The translations under genes were made by a program, and so were the position numbers. A DNA stretch of 62,732 bases, counting the filler, from Rhabdomonas costata (lineage: Eukaryota), in assembly GCA_019059605.1 (NCBI GenBank). It is 48 parts of 48 records of this genome, joined end to end, with 100 filler letters (N's around TTAATTAATTAA, not from the genome) between each part and the next. Parts side by side here need not be neighbours in the genome. Positions count along the whole stretch, not along the records: positions 13,103 to 14,311 come from JAHMHO010023522.1; positions 14,412 to 15,620 come from JAHMHO010023523.1; positions 15,721 to 16,929 come from JAHMHO010023524.1; positions 17,030 to 18,238 come from JAHMHO010023525.1; positions 18,339 to 19,546 come from JAHMHO010023526.1; positions 19,647 to 20,855 come from JAHMHO010023527.1; positions 20,956 to 22,164 come from JAHMHO010023528.1; positions 22,265 to 23,473 come from JAHMHO010023529.1; 40 more parts are not named here. One strand, written 5' to 3'. This document shows, piece by piece, positions 13,103 through 25,393 of this stretch; position 1 is the first letter of the stretch, and each line of letters begins with the position of its first letter. The notes beneath the pieces are model-generated. The model had not been told where the DNA came from. It saw only the letters and a program-made list of their open reading frames with translations, and ran no database searches.

Positions 13103-14311
13103 CGCTTGCCGCGCGGTGTGAACAATGGGCTCTCCTTTCATGTTGAAGGAGGTGTTTAGCAATCCCAGAGTACCATTCGTCGCTTCCACTTTTTCCAGGA
13201 GATCCCACAGAAAAGGGTTTTCCATCCGATCAAACAAAACTTGGATCCGCGCTGTTCCATCCACGTGCAGTGCACCCTCCAGCTGGGAACAAAACGCAGG
13301 AAGAATTTTGAACTGGGTGAGCATGAACTTGGAAGTGACTGGAAGCTTGTCCAAACCCGTGACCCGTAAAGCGTTCCGAGCAAGCATGACCGGAGCGATC
13401 GGGCGATACCACTCTCGACCCTTCATTCTCATGCTTACCTTTTGCTTGAGCTCAACCTTTGGCAGACAAAGCAACGAGCGGTTGCCCAGCGCCCGGGGGC
13501 CACACTCGGCAAAACCACGGCAAACACCCACAACCTTATCTTGGAGCAGCAGTAACGTAGCCTGCTCAACGATGTCTTGGTTAACCTCCAAGGGATGCGA
13601 AGAAGGCTGCAGACCGTAGTTCAAAAGGTAAGGGCTGCAGGTTTGCACCCTGCCATGTTTCAGAACCTCTACGTAGCAAGCAGCACCCAAAACAAGCCCA
13701 CAATCCGAGCAAGCTGGCGGTATGAAAACTTCTTCAAAAAGCCCGCTCTCCTCGATAGCACGGTTAGCAGCGATGTTCAGAGCACAGCCCCCACTATAAA
13801 CTAAAGTTGGGGCGTCAACCTTGCGCCGCAGCTCTCTTAACTTTTCCAGAAGGCTGGCAGTAAAGTCATGTTGAAGCACAGCGGCGATATCCTGCAGGAA
13901 GGAGTCCTCGGTGCTGAAAACGTTCAAACCATCTCTGTCGGACATCCACTGAAACCGCTGCTGTGCGCATCTCACAAAGGCCTTCCGGTCGGAGTCACTC
14001 CAGCACTTACAAAAATATTCGTTCTCGCGCAACCAAAGGTGGAGGTCCTCACGGTAGTGCCCAAAGGAAGCCAAGGCCATCAGCTTTCCAGGCACGCTGA
14101 GGTGTTCCTCAGGCTTGGCCCCAATGATAGCGAACGCCAGTCCATTGTCATTGAAATGCTTGGACAGACGGCTGAGCTGCCAATGGCTTTCTAAAACTTT
14201 CAACTTTCCATTGCTGTGGTGCCACGCAGAGAAGTTTCCCAGACTTGCTGCCCCATCCATATGCACAAGCAAGCAATCTTCAGAAAACCCTCCCAGGAAT
14301 GCCAGACTGGT
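13103..14311 (-). CDS. Carbamoyltransferase (NodU/CmcH/TobZ family), intronless, open at both ends
   Basis: About 400 aa with VHMDG, PGKLMALASFG, SGGCALNIAAN, PPACSDCGLVLGAA, ECGPRALGNRSLL, KGREWYRPIAP, HVDGTARIQ and LNTSFNMKGEPIV. Confidence 0.95.
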
Positions 14312-16140
14312 NNNNNNNNNNNNNNNNNNNNNNNNNNNNNNNNNNNNNNNNNNNNTTAATTAATTAANNNNNNNNNNNNNNNNNNNNNNNNNNNNNNNNN
14401 NNNNNNNNNNNGTTTGTGGGTCACAGCCACTCTCTTCTGAAGACGATGTTTCTTGTGTTTTTCTTTCATGTGCCTTTTCTGTCTGGATTGCCACCCAGCT
14501 GCCTGCCCGTTTGCGTGAGGATTCCGAAAGGGTGGGTACTTTCGGTTCCATGATTTTCGTGAACCACACACTTGCAAACGCACACATACTTACTTAATCA
14601 CTTTCTCTCAGCTACACCTTCGGTCTCCGGACCGTCGTGATGTTGAAGATTCCGGCTTCTGCCGTTTCACAGGACTGTATCTCAATTGGTGAATTTTGTT
14701 ATCAGCATACCACCACCAACTCCGATCCACATTGTGAATAACTCTTGACTGGTCATCAAACTCTGTTTGGCAATGATTGAGGCAATGATTTTATTTCCCA
14801 CTGTTTCTTAACCAATATTGTCCATTATTTAACCTCTTACAACTAATCCTGCATTGTACTAGTTGTAAAGAAACTTACGAATGATTCTTTTGGTAGTTCT
14901 GAAATTTTTTATATGGTTTTTTCTACACAATAACACGACCCGCTTTTCCAGTGAATACAAACGCTTCAAAACAGGTTTACATGCACCACTTGGATGTCTT
15001 TATAGCTAGCATATTGAGCTTAATCATCATTTAACAACAATTTCTCACAACTCTAAAAATAGTGTTTTACTTGCAAACTCTTGCAAAATCAGATGCTCCG
15101 AGTTATCGGCAATGGTGGAAACAACCACGGTTGCAGAATTTGGTTGTATGTAAAATTTACAATGAACTCATCACTGTCTTTTGATAGTATTAAAAATGAA
15201 GAACTCATTACAATTGTTAAATTTGCTGCCAAAACACTTATAAAGGTCATCAACTCTGAGCTTCAGATTGCTCCACTACAAAACCAAAAATTTCTCAGTG
15301 ACAACACTCCAATCACGCAACACTGCAACTCTTGAGAGCCATAATCTTGCAGACACACTGATGTCTTTAATCACAATCGTCGTCACGTGACACCACATAC
15401 AACATGGTTTTGTTCATCTACTTTAATCTTTGCTAATCTAATGATAAAAATGTGTTGAATGAATTACTGAATCACCAAAAAGCTGTGCACTTCCAAAACC
15501 TTTCTCTCATTTGTGCAACTGAACTAGTTTAGTTTGCGTCAACTCATCTGACACCTTATGTCAACTGACGTTTTAGTTACATCTCACTATTTTCCACATT
15601 AGCTGGCTGGTAAACTGACCNNNNNNNNNNNNNNNNNNNNNNNNNNNNNNNNNNNNNNNNNNNNTTAATTAATTAANNNNNNNNNNNNNNNNNNNNNNNN
15701 NNNNNNNNNNNNNNNNNNNNGCCGCGAGGTTGCCGCCTCTGCCGCTGCTTGTTGCTGCTTTGTCTCGCTCTCATGACTGAGCGCAGCCCTGGGCAAGGCA
15801 GCGGAGAAAGTAAAGGTCTCGAACTGATGTTAGCACAGCTGATGTGAATGAAGAGGAGAGGCGAAACTATTTTTTGGCTGCTGTTTCACTACGCTCTTCC
15901 CTCATCTTATTTCAACCAGCCTTAGGTGGCGACGGAACTTTCAATTTCCGGCGAATATGGCTCAGCGCTTCCTCTGTTTCTTTATTTGTGCGGGTGAGTG
16001 GGTGCAACCAAAAGCAAAAAAGTAGCAGCAGAGGCTAGGGAAGGTCCAAAAGTGCACCCTTGATGCAGGTCAAAAAGCCCAAAAAGTATGCAAAAGTGCA
16101 TCTTCAAGCCAAAATTTCGAAGGGGCCGAAGATGCAATTT

Positions 16141-16584
16141 TTATTCTGCAACGTTTCTCAGGCTGCACTTCGTTTTCCCCGCTCCCTGCTTGAGGCCCCC
16201 ACACCGCAGCGCGCCGATCGCGCCCAGGAAGTCGGAGTGCTTCAGGGACTTCGCGCTGACGGCCTGCACCTTGCAGAACTCCGCAATGCAGCGGTGGGCG
16301 ATGGGGTTGTACCTAAGGAAGCCCCCCATGAAGAACACGCTGTCCGTGCACCGGTGCAGCTTGGCCAGGCTGACGGCCAGCAGGGCGATAGACAGCGCGA
16401 CCATACGCAGCACCGCCAGCGCGAGGTCGTCCTCGCGGCAGCAGCTCCGCGGGTTGGGCATCGAGCTCAGCTTGCCAAAGCAGCTCGCCACGAGCTCCCC
16501 CGACAGGCAGTACTTCTCATAGTCCCCGCCGTAGATGTCGCGCACCAGCTTGTCCACAGAGGTGTTATCCCCACGGGTGGCCAT
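16141..16584 (-). CDS. PANK: Type II (eukaryotic) pantothenate kinase, C-terminal exon
   Basis: GDNTSVDKLVRDIYGGDY...LVASCFGKL...VFFMGGFLR...FLGAIGAL. AG acceptor at 16586-16585. Confidence 0.9.
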   Translation of the reverse strand: MATRGDNTSVDKLVRDIYGGDYEKYCLSGELVASCFGKLSSMPNPRSCCREDDLALAVLRMVALSIALLAVSLAKLHRCTDSVFFMGGFLRYNPIAHRCIAEFCKVQAVSAKSLKHSDFLGAIGALRCGGLKQGAGKTKCSLRNVAE

Positions 16585-17340
16585 CTGTTGAGGAAACCAA
16601 TGAGCTGAGGGAGGGGGGGCAAGTTCGCTTACATGCCCTTTAGAAAGGGTTATTGGTGTGGGAAGAAAGACAACAACCATACTGACCTGACAGAAGCAGA
16701 AACAGGCCCCCAACAGGCATATGGGGCAGGAAGTTAGAGAACAAAGGCCTCCCGAAACGCTGCACACAGGCCGGTGCTTGGTTTTATCTTGTGCCGCTTC
16801 TTTCCCCAAAGCAGCGGAGGGTTTATCGACGCCACCCACAACTCTATACTCGCAGGCAGATGGGTCTCCGCCACCTCTTGCCGGAAGAGACGAGACGGAC
16901 AGGTTGAAAAGCTTTTTTAGAGCAACAAANNNNNNNNNNNNNNNNNNNNNNNNNNNNNNNNNNNNNNNNNNNNTTAATTAATTAANNNNNNNNNNNNNNN
17001 NNNNNNNNNNNNNNNNNNNNNNNNNNNNNAGACAGCCCCGAGGGGTGGGAAGGGGTGGCCTGTGTTTGCACAGTTCTTGTGCGTCGGCAGGGGGGACTGA
17101 AATAGCTGCTCATGACAAACTTTGATGCAGTTGTAATGTGTGTGTGACGTTCCCCTTTGCTCCCTTGTTTTCACTTGCGCGCGTGCGTTTGATTGGAAAC
17201 TCAAGAGTAACCACGACTCTAAAAGGTGAACCCTTACCCAACGGATTGGTCACCATGACTCACTGGGTTTCTGCCTGAGGTTGCCTTGTGCGCCATGGGA
17301 TGGCTCTCCAGCAGGTGAGCTTGCCTTGCTCCCTTTGCAG

Positions 17341-17637
17341 CGCTGGTTGGGGCTACCCCAAGAGGGCTACACCGCGATGCACGTGCGGGGCACGGACAAG
17401 AGCACGGAGGACACTCTGCTGGGGTGGCCCATGTACTGGAAAGCCCTGGAGGGCGCCTACTCCCAAGGTTCCCTCTCGGCCCCATCGGGTGCAGATCAGC
17501 CGCAGCCATGCGGGCCGAAGCCGAGGGGTGATTTCACAGCGGCGGACACCCCACAGCAGCCTCGCAGTGTGTTTGTAATGACCGATGACTCCACTGTGGC
17601 GGCGAGGCTGACGAAAGCCCCAGCACGGCGTTCGCAG
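17341..17637 (+). CDS. Fucosyltransferase (GT23/NodZ/O-FucT-like) exon
   Basis: GDP-fucose motifs YTAMHVRGTDKSTE and VFVMTDD. Bounded by tttgcag and gt. Confidence 0.75.
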
Positions 17638-19170
17638 GTCAAAGCTGGTGCCACGGCTCTCCCTCCGGTTTTTGGTGTGCGTTCTACATTGGGATCCACT
17701 GTATCTGCTTCGAACAACACCTTCAGCAGCTTTCCGCGCACATTACCATACACACACTTGTGCGTGTGCCGCTGTTGGCTGCGAACTCCGTTCTTTTGAT
17801 CAGGTATTCAATTTTCTTGTTTGGCCATTACCCATCAAAGAGCAAGCTTGACCTGCAGGAAGTCCAGCAGTGCTTGTTGCTCAAAATTTCGACAAGAAAA
17901 AGTGAGGGGCACTTATAGCGGTGTGCAGTCATGAAAGATATGTTTGTGCCACATCTGTGGGTGTGTGATGAATCGTACCTGTGGTGAAGAAATTGAAACG
18001 GTTGTGAAGAAGTTCTTGAATAAAGGATTTGCAAACAGTACCGTGTTTCCCGCATTGGGAGTTGATTTCTGATGTCTGAAGTTGGTCCTTGACCTCCAAG
18101 AACGCCCCTGTCGCTGTGCCTTTCGCAGGAAGGGAGCCTGGTGTTCCGTTTCCACGTCAGTCCTCAGTGGAGGCCAGCCATCGGGGCAACCCCCGCTCTG
18201 CAGAGCCAGCTCCAACACTCCAACGGTCCCCAAACCCCNNNNNNNNNNNNNNNNNNNNNNNNNNNNNNNNNNNNNNNNNNNNTTAATTAATTAANNNNNN
18301 NNNNNNNNNNNNNNNNNNNNNNNNNNNNNNNNNNNNNNGTGGTTTTTGATGAATTTCATGAATTTGTGTGCTGCTCTGCGCTCCGCCCAGTTCGTGGGTG
18401 GTGTGCGAGTTAAGCTCTTCCTTCTGCGTTGAGCATGTTGCAGTGACCCCTCCTCCCACGGACCGCTGCCCTATCCCGGTCAGGTTCACCAGGTCCTGGT
18501 CGTGCTATTGCCGCACCTGTGCTTTATTTTTTGCCTTACCTCTGCGCACTGCAGAACATGCACTGGCATACTCTTGCTTCATAGATGTCTAGCTTTTGCA
18601 TCTGGACGAGAGAATCGCTCGGTCTGCGCACGTTTGCATTAGCCTATGCCTAAAATGTGCCCCTTCAGTTATCTTGATCCTAATCAATGGTCAGGTGCTT
18701 GTTGGAGAATATTGTGCGGTGCAGGACTACTCATTTCGGCCCATTACGTCAGTATTTTTAATTGGCGTAAGCCTCAACGGCTTCTCCAAAAAGAGATCTA
18801 GCAAGGATCTTCTTAACCAGTGTGTGAGTTGCGTGGTTGGGGGTTATTATTGTGGTAATCTGGAGGTGTAAGCTGGTCGCTTCTCAGCTTCCTGTTCCAG
18901 CGTCTGTCATTGGAAATACTCCAAACGGGAACGGAGAAGTGGGGATGGTAGTCATTTTGCCTCCCCAACCCCATCAGAAATATGGGGAAACCAGCTTTCT
19001 TGGGACATGAGGTGTGCTTTACTGCGCTTGTCGCTTTCGTTCTCCTGGGTAATTCCTTTTCAGTGCTTACGTTTTTTTTTGGCGACATCTTTTGAAGCGG
19101 GTGTGGTCCATCCCTCGGCCTGTTTGTTCTGTGCGTTGGGTAGTGGAGTGAGGGTGTTTTTGTTTTGAGG

Positions 19171-19269
19171 ATGGCGATGCCCAGGCCGCTGCCGGCGGGC
19201 TCCTCTCTGATGAACAGCAACTCCATCCTGGACGCCACAAACCCCTTCACCGTGCCCTCAGACGAGCAG
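19171..19269 (+). CDS. Possible first exon of a CFAP100-like flagellar protein
   Basis: NPFTVPSDEQ resembles the NPF..PSDE motif, but the match is short and would need a GC donor. Confidence 0.3.
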
Positions 19270-19646
19270 GCAGCGTCGCCACTCCCTTTTTTCGACTTCG
19301 CCCTTCCACCCGTGCGTGGTTGGGTTTTTCTTCTGTCCCTTGGCTCGCATCCAATAGATGCATCTGTATCTGATGGTAAGTATGCTAGAAAGAGACGATC
19401 AATGATACAACAGCTGCGATCACCTACAGACCAAGAAAGCAACGACTCCGAGCTGTGGAGTAGCCTCAACCCTTGCAGTAATTTTGTCCGGTCACAGGAT
19501 AGCAGAAGCGCAGTCAGCCACCAATAGCTTCGCTCCACCCACCACANNNNNNNNNNNNNNNNNNNNNNNNNNNNNNNNNNNNNNNNNNNNTTAATTAATT
19601 AANNNNNNNNNNNNNNNNNNNNNNNNNNNNNNNNNNNNNNNNNNNN

Positions 19647-20581
19647 GGTTTTGGTGGAACCGATGGAATTGCCTCTGCGCTCAAGTGTGACTTGCGCAGC
19701 GGCATATCCGACCTCTCCTTCCGACAGGACGCCTACGGTCGCAATGCATTGCCTCCAGAGCCTCCGCAGTCCCTCTGGAGCTTGGTTAGGGATGCACTTC
19801 AGGACACAATGCTTCGGATGCTGATGGGTGCAGCAATGCTTTCCATTATCTTCGGAATGACCTTGGAAAACCCGGCCACTCATGTAGTGGAGCGCCAGAC
19901 AGGGTGTGCGCTTTGCTGTGACTCACGATTTCCGAAGTTTTCCGAAGGCTTTCTACTAGCATCCGTTGCTGGCCTAAAATGAAAGCGGACATGCTATTCA
20001 AACTTGGGAATGCCACAGTGATAAGTCGGGAAAAGGGTAACGTGGCGTACTTCGGGTTTCCCACGTTCCATGTCCTTGTTTTCTTCTCATTTTTGTGTGT
20101 TGCACCTGCAGCTGTGCCGCAAAAGGGCCCAATGCAATGAAACCACATCTCTTTCCGCGTCTCCGTACACTCCCAAATTGCCGAGCATTTTGGGAACCTG
20201 AACTCCCTGTGATTCAGCTGGCCCCCCGCCATATCTGGGAAGTGCGCACCGCACGGTGCACTCGCCTGTACGATTATGCGCACTTCAACAGTGTTCCAAA
20301 TGGGCATTTTACTCATTGGATCGTTTCCTGGATTCAGGTGGATTGAGGGTGCTGCGCTGCTCGTGGCGGTGGTGGCAATTGTGGCGGTAGGCGTAGGAAA
20401 TGACTATCAGAAGTCCAAGCGCTTCCGGGAGATGGAGGCAGTGCAGCCCGCCGCGCCCGTGGAGGTTATTCGCGAAGGGCGCAGAGTTCGGGTGGACCCC
20501 GCTGAGGTCGTGGTCGGGGACCTGCTGCTGGTCGAGGCTGGCCAGAGCCTGTGTGCCGACGGGCTTTACGTGGAGGGCCAG
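19647..20581 (+). CDS. P-type Ca2+-ATPase (PMCA type), two exons (19647-19903 and 20338-20581)
   Basis: GGTDGIASALKCD...YGRNALP...DALQDTML...RQTG|WIEGAALL...NDYQKSKRF...VVVGDLL...ADG. GT-AG intron 19904-20337 is in phase. Confidence 0.92.
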
Positions 20582-20955
20582 GTTGTGACCTCTTCTAAGT
20601 GTCTCCAAGAATGACTGCCTCCCTCGAGTGGACGGTGTGGAAATTGAAGAGAGTAGTTGATGCACTTCTGAATTCATGTCAGTTTGGCGCTCAGATCACC
20701 TCTTTACAGTTCCGGCTGCGTCAAAAAGGCCCTCTGTTGGGGAATCTCCCATGTGAAGAAAAGAAACCTTGTCAGTATTCTGAGGCTATTGCTGATTGAT
20801 ACCATTATGAAACGTCAAGAAAGCCACTGTGGCCAGATTGTAAACACCACCAACCNNNNNNNNNNNNNNNNNNNNNNNNNNNNNNNNNNNNNNNNNNNNT
20901 TAATTAATTAANNNNNNNNNNNNNNNNNNNNNNNNNNNNNNNNNNNNNNNNNNNN

Positions 20956-21872
20956 GTTTTGTGTGCAAGTTCCGTTTTGGCTCCTGGTGGGGCTGCTGTC
21001 CGTGGTCAGCCTGGTGGTTGTGGGGGTGGTGACGTACTTCCTGGTGTACGCCCGGACGGGGCAGGCCATGGACAACGTGGCGGTGAGTTACCGCGAGCTG
21101 GGCTTCCTTGCCGTGGAGAAGGAGGTTACGGGGATGCTGGGTTTGGTCGCCACGATGACGAAGCTGCTGGGCATGCGGGCTGCCACGGCCCCTACCGGTA
21201 TAATTCGAAAGGATTGGTTGAACAGGGGTTTTGGAGGACTGTGTTAGGTTTTCCCGAGGGGGGGTGATCGCTTCACATTCGGTCCGTCTTTCCGTGCAAA
21301 ACTTTTTCAGCACACTCCGTTGTCGTCATATGGGCCCCTGCGGACGCGGGATATTCGTTTTGGCCGAGCTTTTGGTGCTGTCGAAGCCACGAGAAGCGTG
21401 CAGCGACGTGATGCTTTCTATCTGGAGGGGCGTGCAGCTCCTTGGGCCACGTAATAATGGAACCAAATGCCATGCGCTACGTGGCGAACGTCAAGTCTTC
21501 TGGATCTTACTATGGGGTGCCCTTAAACGAGCGGGCGACTTGGCGGGCATTTCTTATCAGCTTCTCCTCATTCCAATGTCGAAGTGGTGAGGTGGTTGGG
21601 CCACAGGTGACGTGACCGCAGTAGAGCTCCGCCAGCAGACCTTCCTGGGGATCTCCCTGATGCCCCTAGCGCTGGACTACATGGTGGGCTTCCAGACCGG
21701 AGAGCTCTTGGACGCGCACCGCGTTGCGGGCTCGGAGATCATATGGGAGCTCAGCAACAACCTCACAGGGTACCACATTGGGGGCTTTCCAGCAAAGAGC
21801 TGGGGCGCGGACTGGCTGGCCCACTCCGCCAACCTCACGGTCAGCGGGGCGCCCTACAACGCCACAATGCGG
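20956..21872 (+). CDS. Membrane receptor with TM helix and Cache-like extracellular domain (receptor-cyclase type), exons 20956-21197 and 21607-21872
   Basis: Hydrophobic helix, then YMVGFQTG, ending in YNATMR (like the YDPRxRPWY Cache motif). In-phase GT-AG intron. Confidence 0.5.
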
Positions 21873-22264
21873 GTGATCTCTGTGTGCGCATGCACATGAT
21901 GCGCAACCGTTTTTGGTGGAGGAAGGCGTTTGACCCCGCTACCGCCATCCGCTCGCTTGTGTCATTCACTCACTCCTTCGCTCGCCGTTTATATATTCAT
22001 TCAATTCTTCTTGCATCCTTCTTCTTTTATTCATGGCCCCCGCTGCTTGTCATCGCCTGGCGCCATTTCCCCTTAATCGCTTTCTGAAACACCCTACAAC
22101 GTCACAAAGGCATGCCGCTCTGTACATGTGGACTTTCTATTGCGTAAAGTACTGTGATCCCAACNNNNNNNNNNNNNNNNNNNNNNNNNNNNNNNNNNNN
22201 NNNNNNNNTTAATTAATTAANNNNNNNNNNNNNNNNNNNNNNNNNNNNNNNNNNNNNNNNNNNN

Positions 22265-22622
22265 CAGGATCAATTTGTGCTGTTTTATCAAACATTAAAT
22301 TCTTTAAAAATATTGGTTCAAGAAGTTTAGATGTAAATTCAACAACTAATTTATTTGTTTGTATTATATTTTTAATTATATTTTCTAATGTTGGAAAAAT
22401 ATCAGAATGAAGTGAATGTATCTTGCGCCAATCTATATCTGGATGTTTACTTGCTTCTATATATGCATCTAATTTTGATTCAAATTCCATTAAATAAAAA
22501 TGTATAAAAGTCTCATCTGACCAATTCTCTAATAAAGATTCAAATGATGCTGAATTAAGAAGGGTTGGCGTTATTAATACTTGATATTTATTATTATATA
22601 CTCTAATTCTATTCATATACAA
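22265..22622 (-). CDS. Hypothetical protein, giant-virus-like, partial
   Basis: Intronless, very AT-rich ORF starting MYMNRIRVYNNKYQVLITP, 18 nt from the upstream ORF. Confidence 0.75.
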
Positions 22623-22640
22623 AATGTATGTATTATTATT

Positions 22641-22982
22641 TTATAAGATTATTAATTTAATGTATTTTGGTTTTCCTAATGTTTGTGTCATTTGTATTGC
22701 TTTTGTATTTGATGATGTTGTATTTGATGTTGTATTTGATGACGTATTAATTGCTCCTTCTGGATAATGATTTGCTTCTGGTTCATATTCCCATTTATAA
22801 CATATTTTTGTAAGATGATCAAATAAATCATTTTTTGTTGTTTTTGGTCCTTTCATATCTCCATCAATACATGTACCAACACCGTATAAATCAGTACAAT
22901 ATCCACAATTTCGACATGTAAAACAGGATGATTTATCTTGAACACAACAATCATGACATATTTGTGAATTAATATTGTTCAT
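22641..22982 (-). CDS. Small Cys-rich protein, giant-virus-like
   Basis: C..C.NCGYC......GTCIDGDMKGP...C..WEY, a pattern I recall from Mimiviridae-type hypothetical proteins. AT-rich and intronless. Confidence 0.7.
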   Translation of the reverse strand: MNNINSQICHDCCVQDKSSCFTCRNCGYCTDLYGVGTCIDGDMKGPKTTKNDLFDHLTKICYKWEYEPEANHYPEGAINTSSNTTSNTTSSNTKAIQMTQTLGKPKYIKLIIL

Positions 22983-23105
22983 ATTTCTATATTTTTAAAA
23001 ATGAAATAAAATAAATATATGTATTACAAAAAATTCTTTATTTTATTTTATTTTATTTTATTTTAGTATAAAATAAAATATTTATTTTATTTTATTTCAG
23101 TATAA

Positions 23106-23309
23106 ATGTCTCTACAAATCCAACAGGAAAAATTAAATAAAGATATTGAAAAAACAATCAATAATGAAAAAAATGAAGATAAATTATATACTAAAATTTA
23201 TGAAAATGATAAAGACAAAAGGGGCCTCGATAAATGTATTGAAGAATGCAACGGAAATTGTGTTGAACAAGGAATGACAGGTGTGGCATACTGTTATGAA
23301 GAATGGTAA
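23106..23309 (+). CDS. Small Cys-rich protein, giant-virus-like
   Basis: 67-aa ORF ending GLDKCIEECNGNCVEQGMTGVAYCY, followed by AT palindromes. Confidence 0.7.
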   Translation: MSLQIQQEKLNKDIEKTINNEKNEDKLYTKIYENDKDKRGLDKCIEECNGNCVEQGMTGVAYCYEEW

Positions 23310-23467
23310 AATTAATATTTTTGCTTATATTCTTTTTATAAAAGAATATAAGTAAAATTAATTGATAAATTATATTTTATAAAATATAATAAATTAATTT
23401 TACTTATATTCTTTTATAAAAAGAATATAAGCAAAAATATTAATTTTACCATTCTTCATAACAGTAT
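23288..23467. repeat. 76-bp-arm inverted repeat at the contig end (fold-back)
   Basis: 23288-23363 is the reverse complement of 23392-23467 and duplicates the end of the ORF. Confidence 0.9.
23324..23390 (+). terminator. Two AT-rich hairpins after the stop codon (Mimivirus-type polyadenylation hairpin candidates)
   Basis: cttatattctttt-tat-aaaagaatataag (23324-23352) and the perfect palindrome attatattttataaaatataat (23369-23390). Confidence 0.55.
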
Positions 23468-24430
23468 CCCACANNNNNNNNNNNNNNNNNNNNNNNNNNN
23501 NNNNNNNNNNNNNNNNNTTAATTAATTAANNNNNNNNNNNNNNNNNNNNNNNNNNNNNNNNNNNNNNNNNNNNGGTGGGTGGTGGGGACCTCATTGGTTT
23601 GGGGCACACGCCCCGGTTCCTTGGGTCAGAGACGCAGGAAGTCAGCCGAGTGAGAGATTTCTGGAGAGGAGGGGGGTGACGAGTCGGCTCGGCTCTGAAT
23701 GTTTTTCGCTTGCTCACAGTTTGCGTTGTTTTCGTGCGTGCGTGTGTGGGGGAGGAAAGGGAGGGCACGTGAGTCGATGATGGGTACGTTTTGCGCGCTA
23801 GCCTGCTACGCAAACGTCGCCAAAAAACATCCCGCAGACTCAGCAAACACACAGACAGACACTGTCACGAACATACGCCCATCCTCCAACGTTAATTAAT
23901 TCGGATTCCAACCCGGAAGATGTATTCCGACACCCTCATAGGAGGTGGGCGCTGATCTTATGGGTGCTCTCTGGAAACCTAACATTAGACTGTTGTTGCG
24001 CTTGCCCCCCCCCCCCGAAATGGTGAGATAAGAAAGCGGAATCGTCAAGCAAATGCTCGACGTGAAATTAATGTGGTTGCTTTTGGAAGTTATTAATGGC
24101 GTTGTCAGGATCCTTCCTCTTTCCGGAGCAGGTTGAGACACTTGAACGCAGTCAGTCGCATCCATTCACTCATTTTCACTCATTCACTTCACACAAGCAA
24201 ACACCCACCTGCAGCGGTTTCTGCGCGTGACACACGCGGAAAGATCCGGACACTGGGAAGGAAGGGGCGGCGTGTGTGGGCTTTCCACCATACAGAAGTT
24301 AGCTCGCCGAGGGACAGGGGGTGTGGGGAGAAAGTCTCTTCTCTTTCGTTGTCCCCTCAAAAAAAAGCGGGCAGTGTCCCTCTCTCTGCTTTCCTTCTGT
24401 CCGCTTCTTGCAGACTTACAGTAACGCGCG

Positions 24431-24469
<39 letters not shown>

Positions 24470-25362
24470 ACAGAAGAAGTGTCTTCTCAAAGGGGGAAGA
24501 AGCAAAGGAAGGAGAGCAGAGAGTGGGAGAATGCAAAGTAGCCCCTGGTTTTTGTGGGGCTCCGTGCTCGGACACACATTTTCTCTCTTTTCCTCTCTCC
24601 TGATTCCGTTTGTGAGGGGAAAGGGGTGAGCAGCACCTCTCACTCCCTCTCCGGTCGTCTGTCTGTCCCAGTCAAAAACCAGAAACAAGCACAGATCACA
24701 ACAAGCTGTATCCTGCTGCGACAGCGTTGGCTTCCCAATCGCTCACTTCGCAGCACCCCAGGAAAACAATATCCTTTTAAAACCNNNNNNNNNNNNNNNN
24801 NNNNNNNNNNNNNNNNNNNNNNNNNNNNTTAATTAATTAANNNNNNNNNNNNNNNNNNNNNNNNNNNNNNNNNNNNNNNNNNNNGTGTTTTTTCGACTAT
24901 TCCTGGAGGCTGAAGAACGTCACTCGTTGCAGGGATACATGTGTGTTCTCGTATTACTCGAAATAATCGTATCGCCGTTGGGGCGCAGAATGCACCATTC
25001 GTATTCATCGTCATGTCTGGTCTCGAGGTTAATGAGTATGCGAAATAGGACATATATGTCCCGTCTCCTTGTTTATTTTGCCAAATGTGTACAAAATTAG
25101 CGGGACAGCGTTTTCTTTACAACACTGGCAGCTTTTTGCTCCCTTCTCGTTCTTTCTCTGCTTTCTCACGCCACTTTGAAATGATGGAAAGGCTGCAAAG
25201 CAAACGTTTTCGAAGCCTTGTATAGCGGATCTTGGCGGAGTGGGGATCCTCCTGTCCCTTCGCAAGGTTCCCGCGGACTTCCCTGTTTTGAGCAACCGCA
25301 CAGACAAGGAGGAATTTATTCGAGCCTCGGAGAGAGGAGGCGGAGATTCTCGTGTGAAGCAA

Positions 25363-25393
25363 AGCAGAAGCAGAAGCAGAAGCAGAAGCAGAA
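25363..25393 (+). repeat. (AGCAGA)n microsatellite
   Basis: Five tandem hexamers. Confidence 0.9.

Noticed and set aside
14412..15620. AT-richer contig, possibly a decayed transposase
   Set aside because: No convincing motif or sustained frame.
19883..20338. Apparent non-canonical intron or frameshift in PMCA
   Set aside because: The downstream donor ACA GG|GT at 19903/19904 restores TGWIEG with a normal GT-AG intron.
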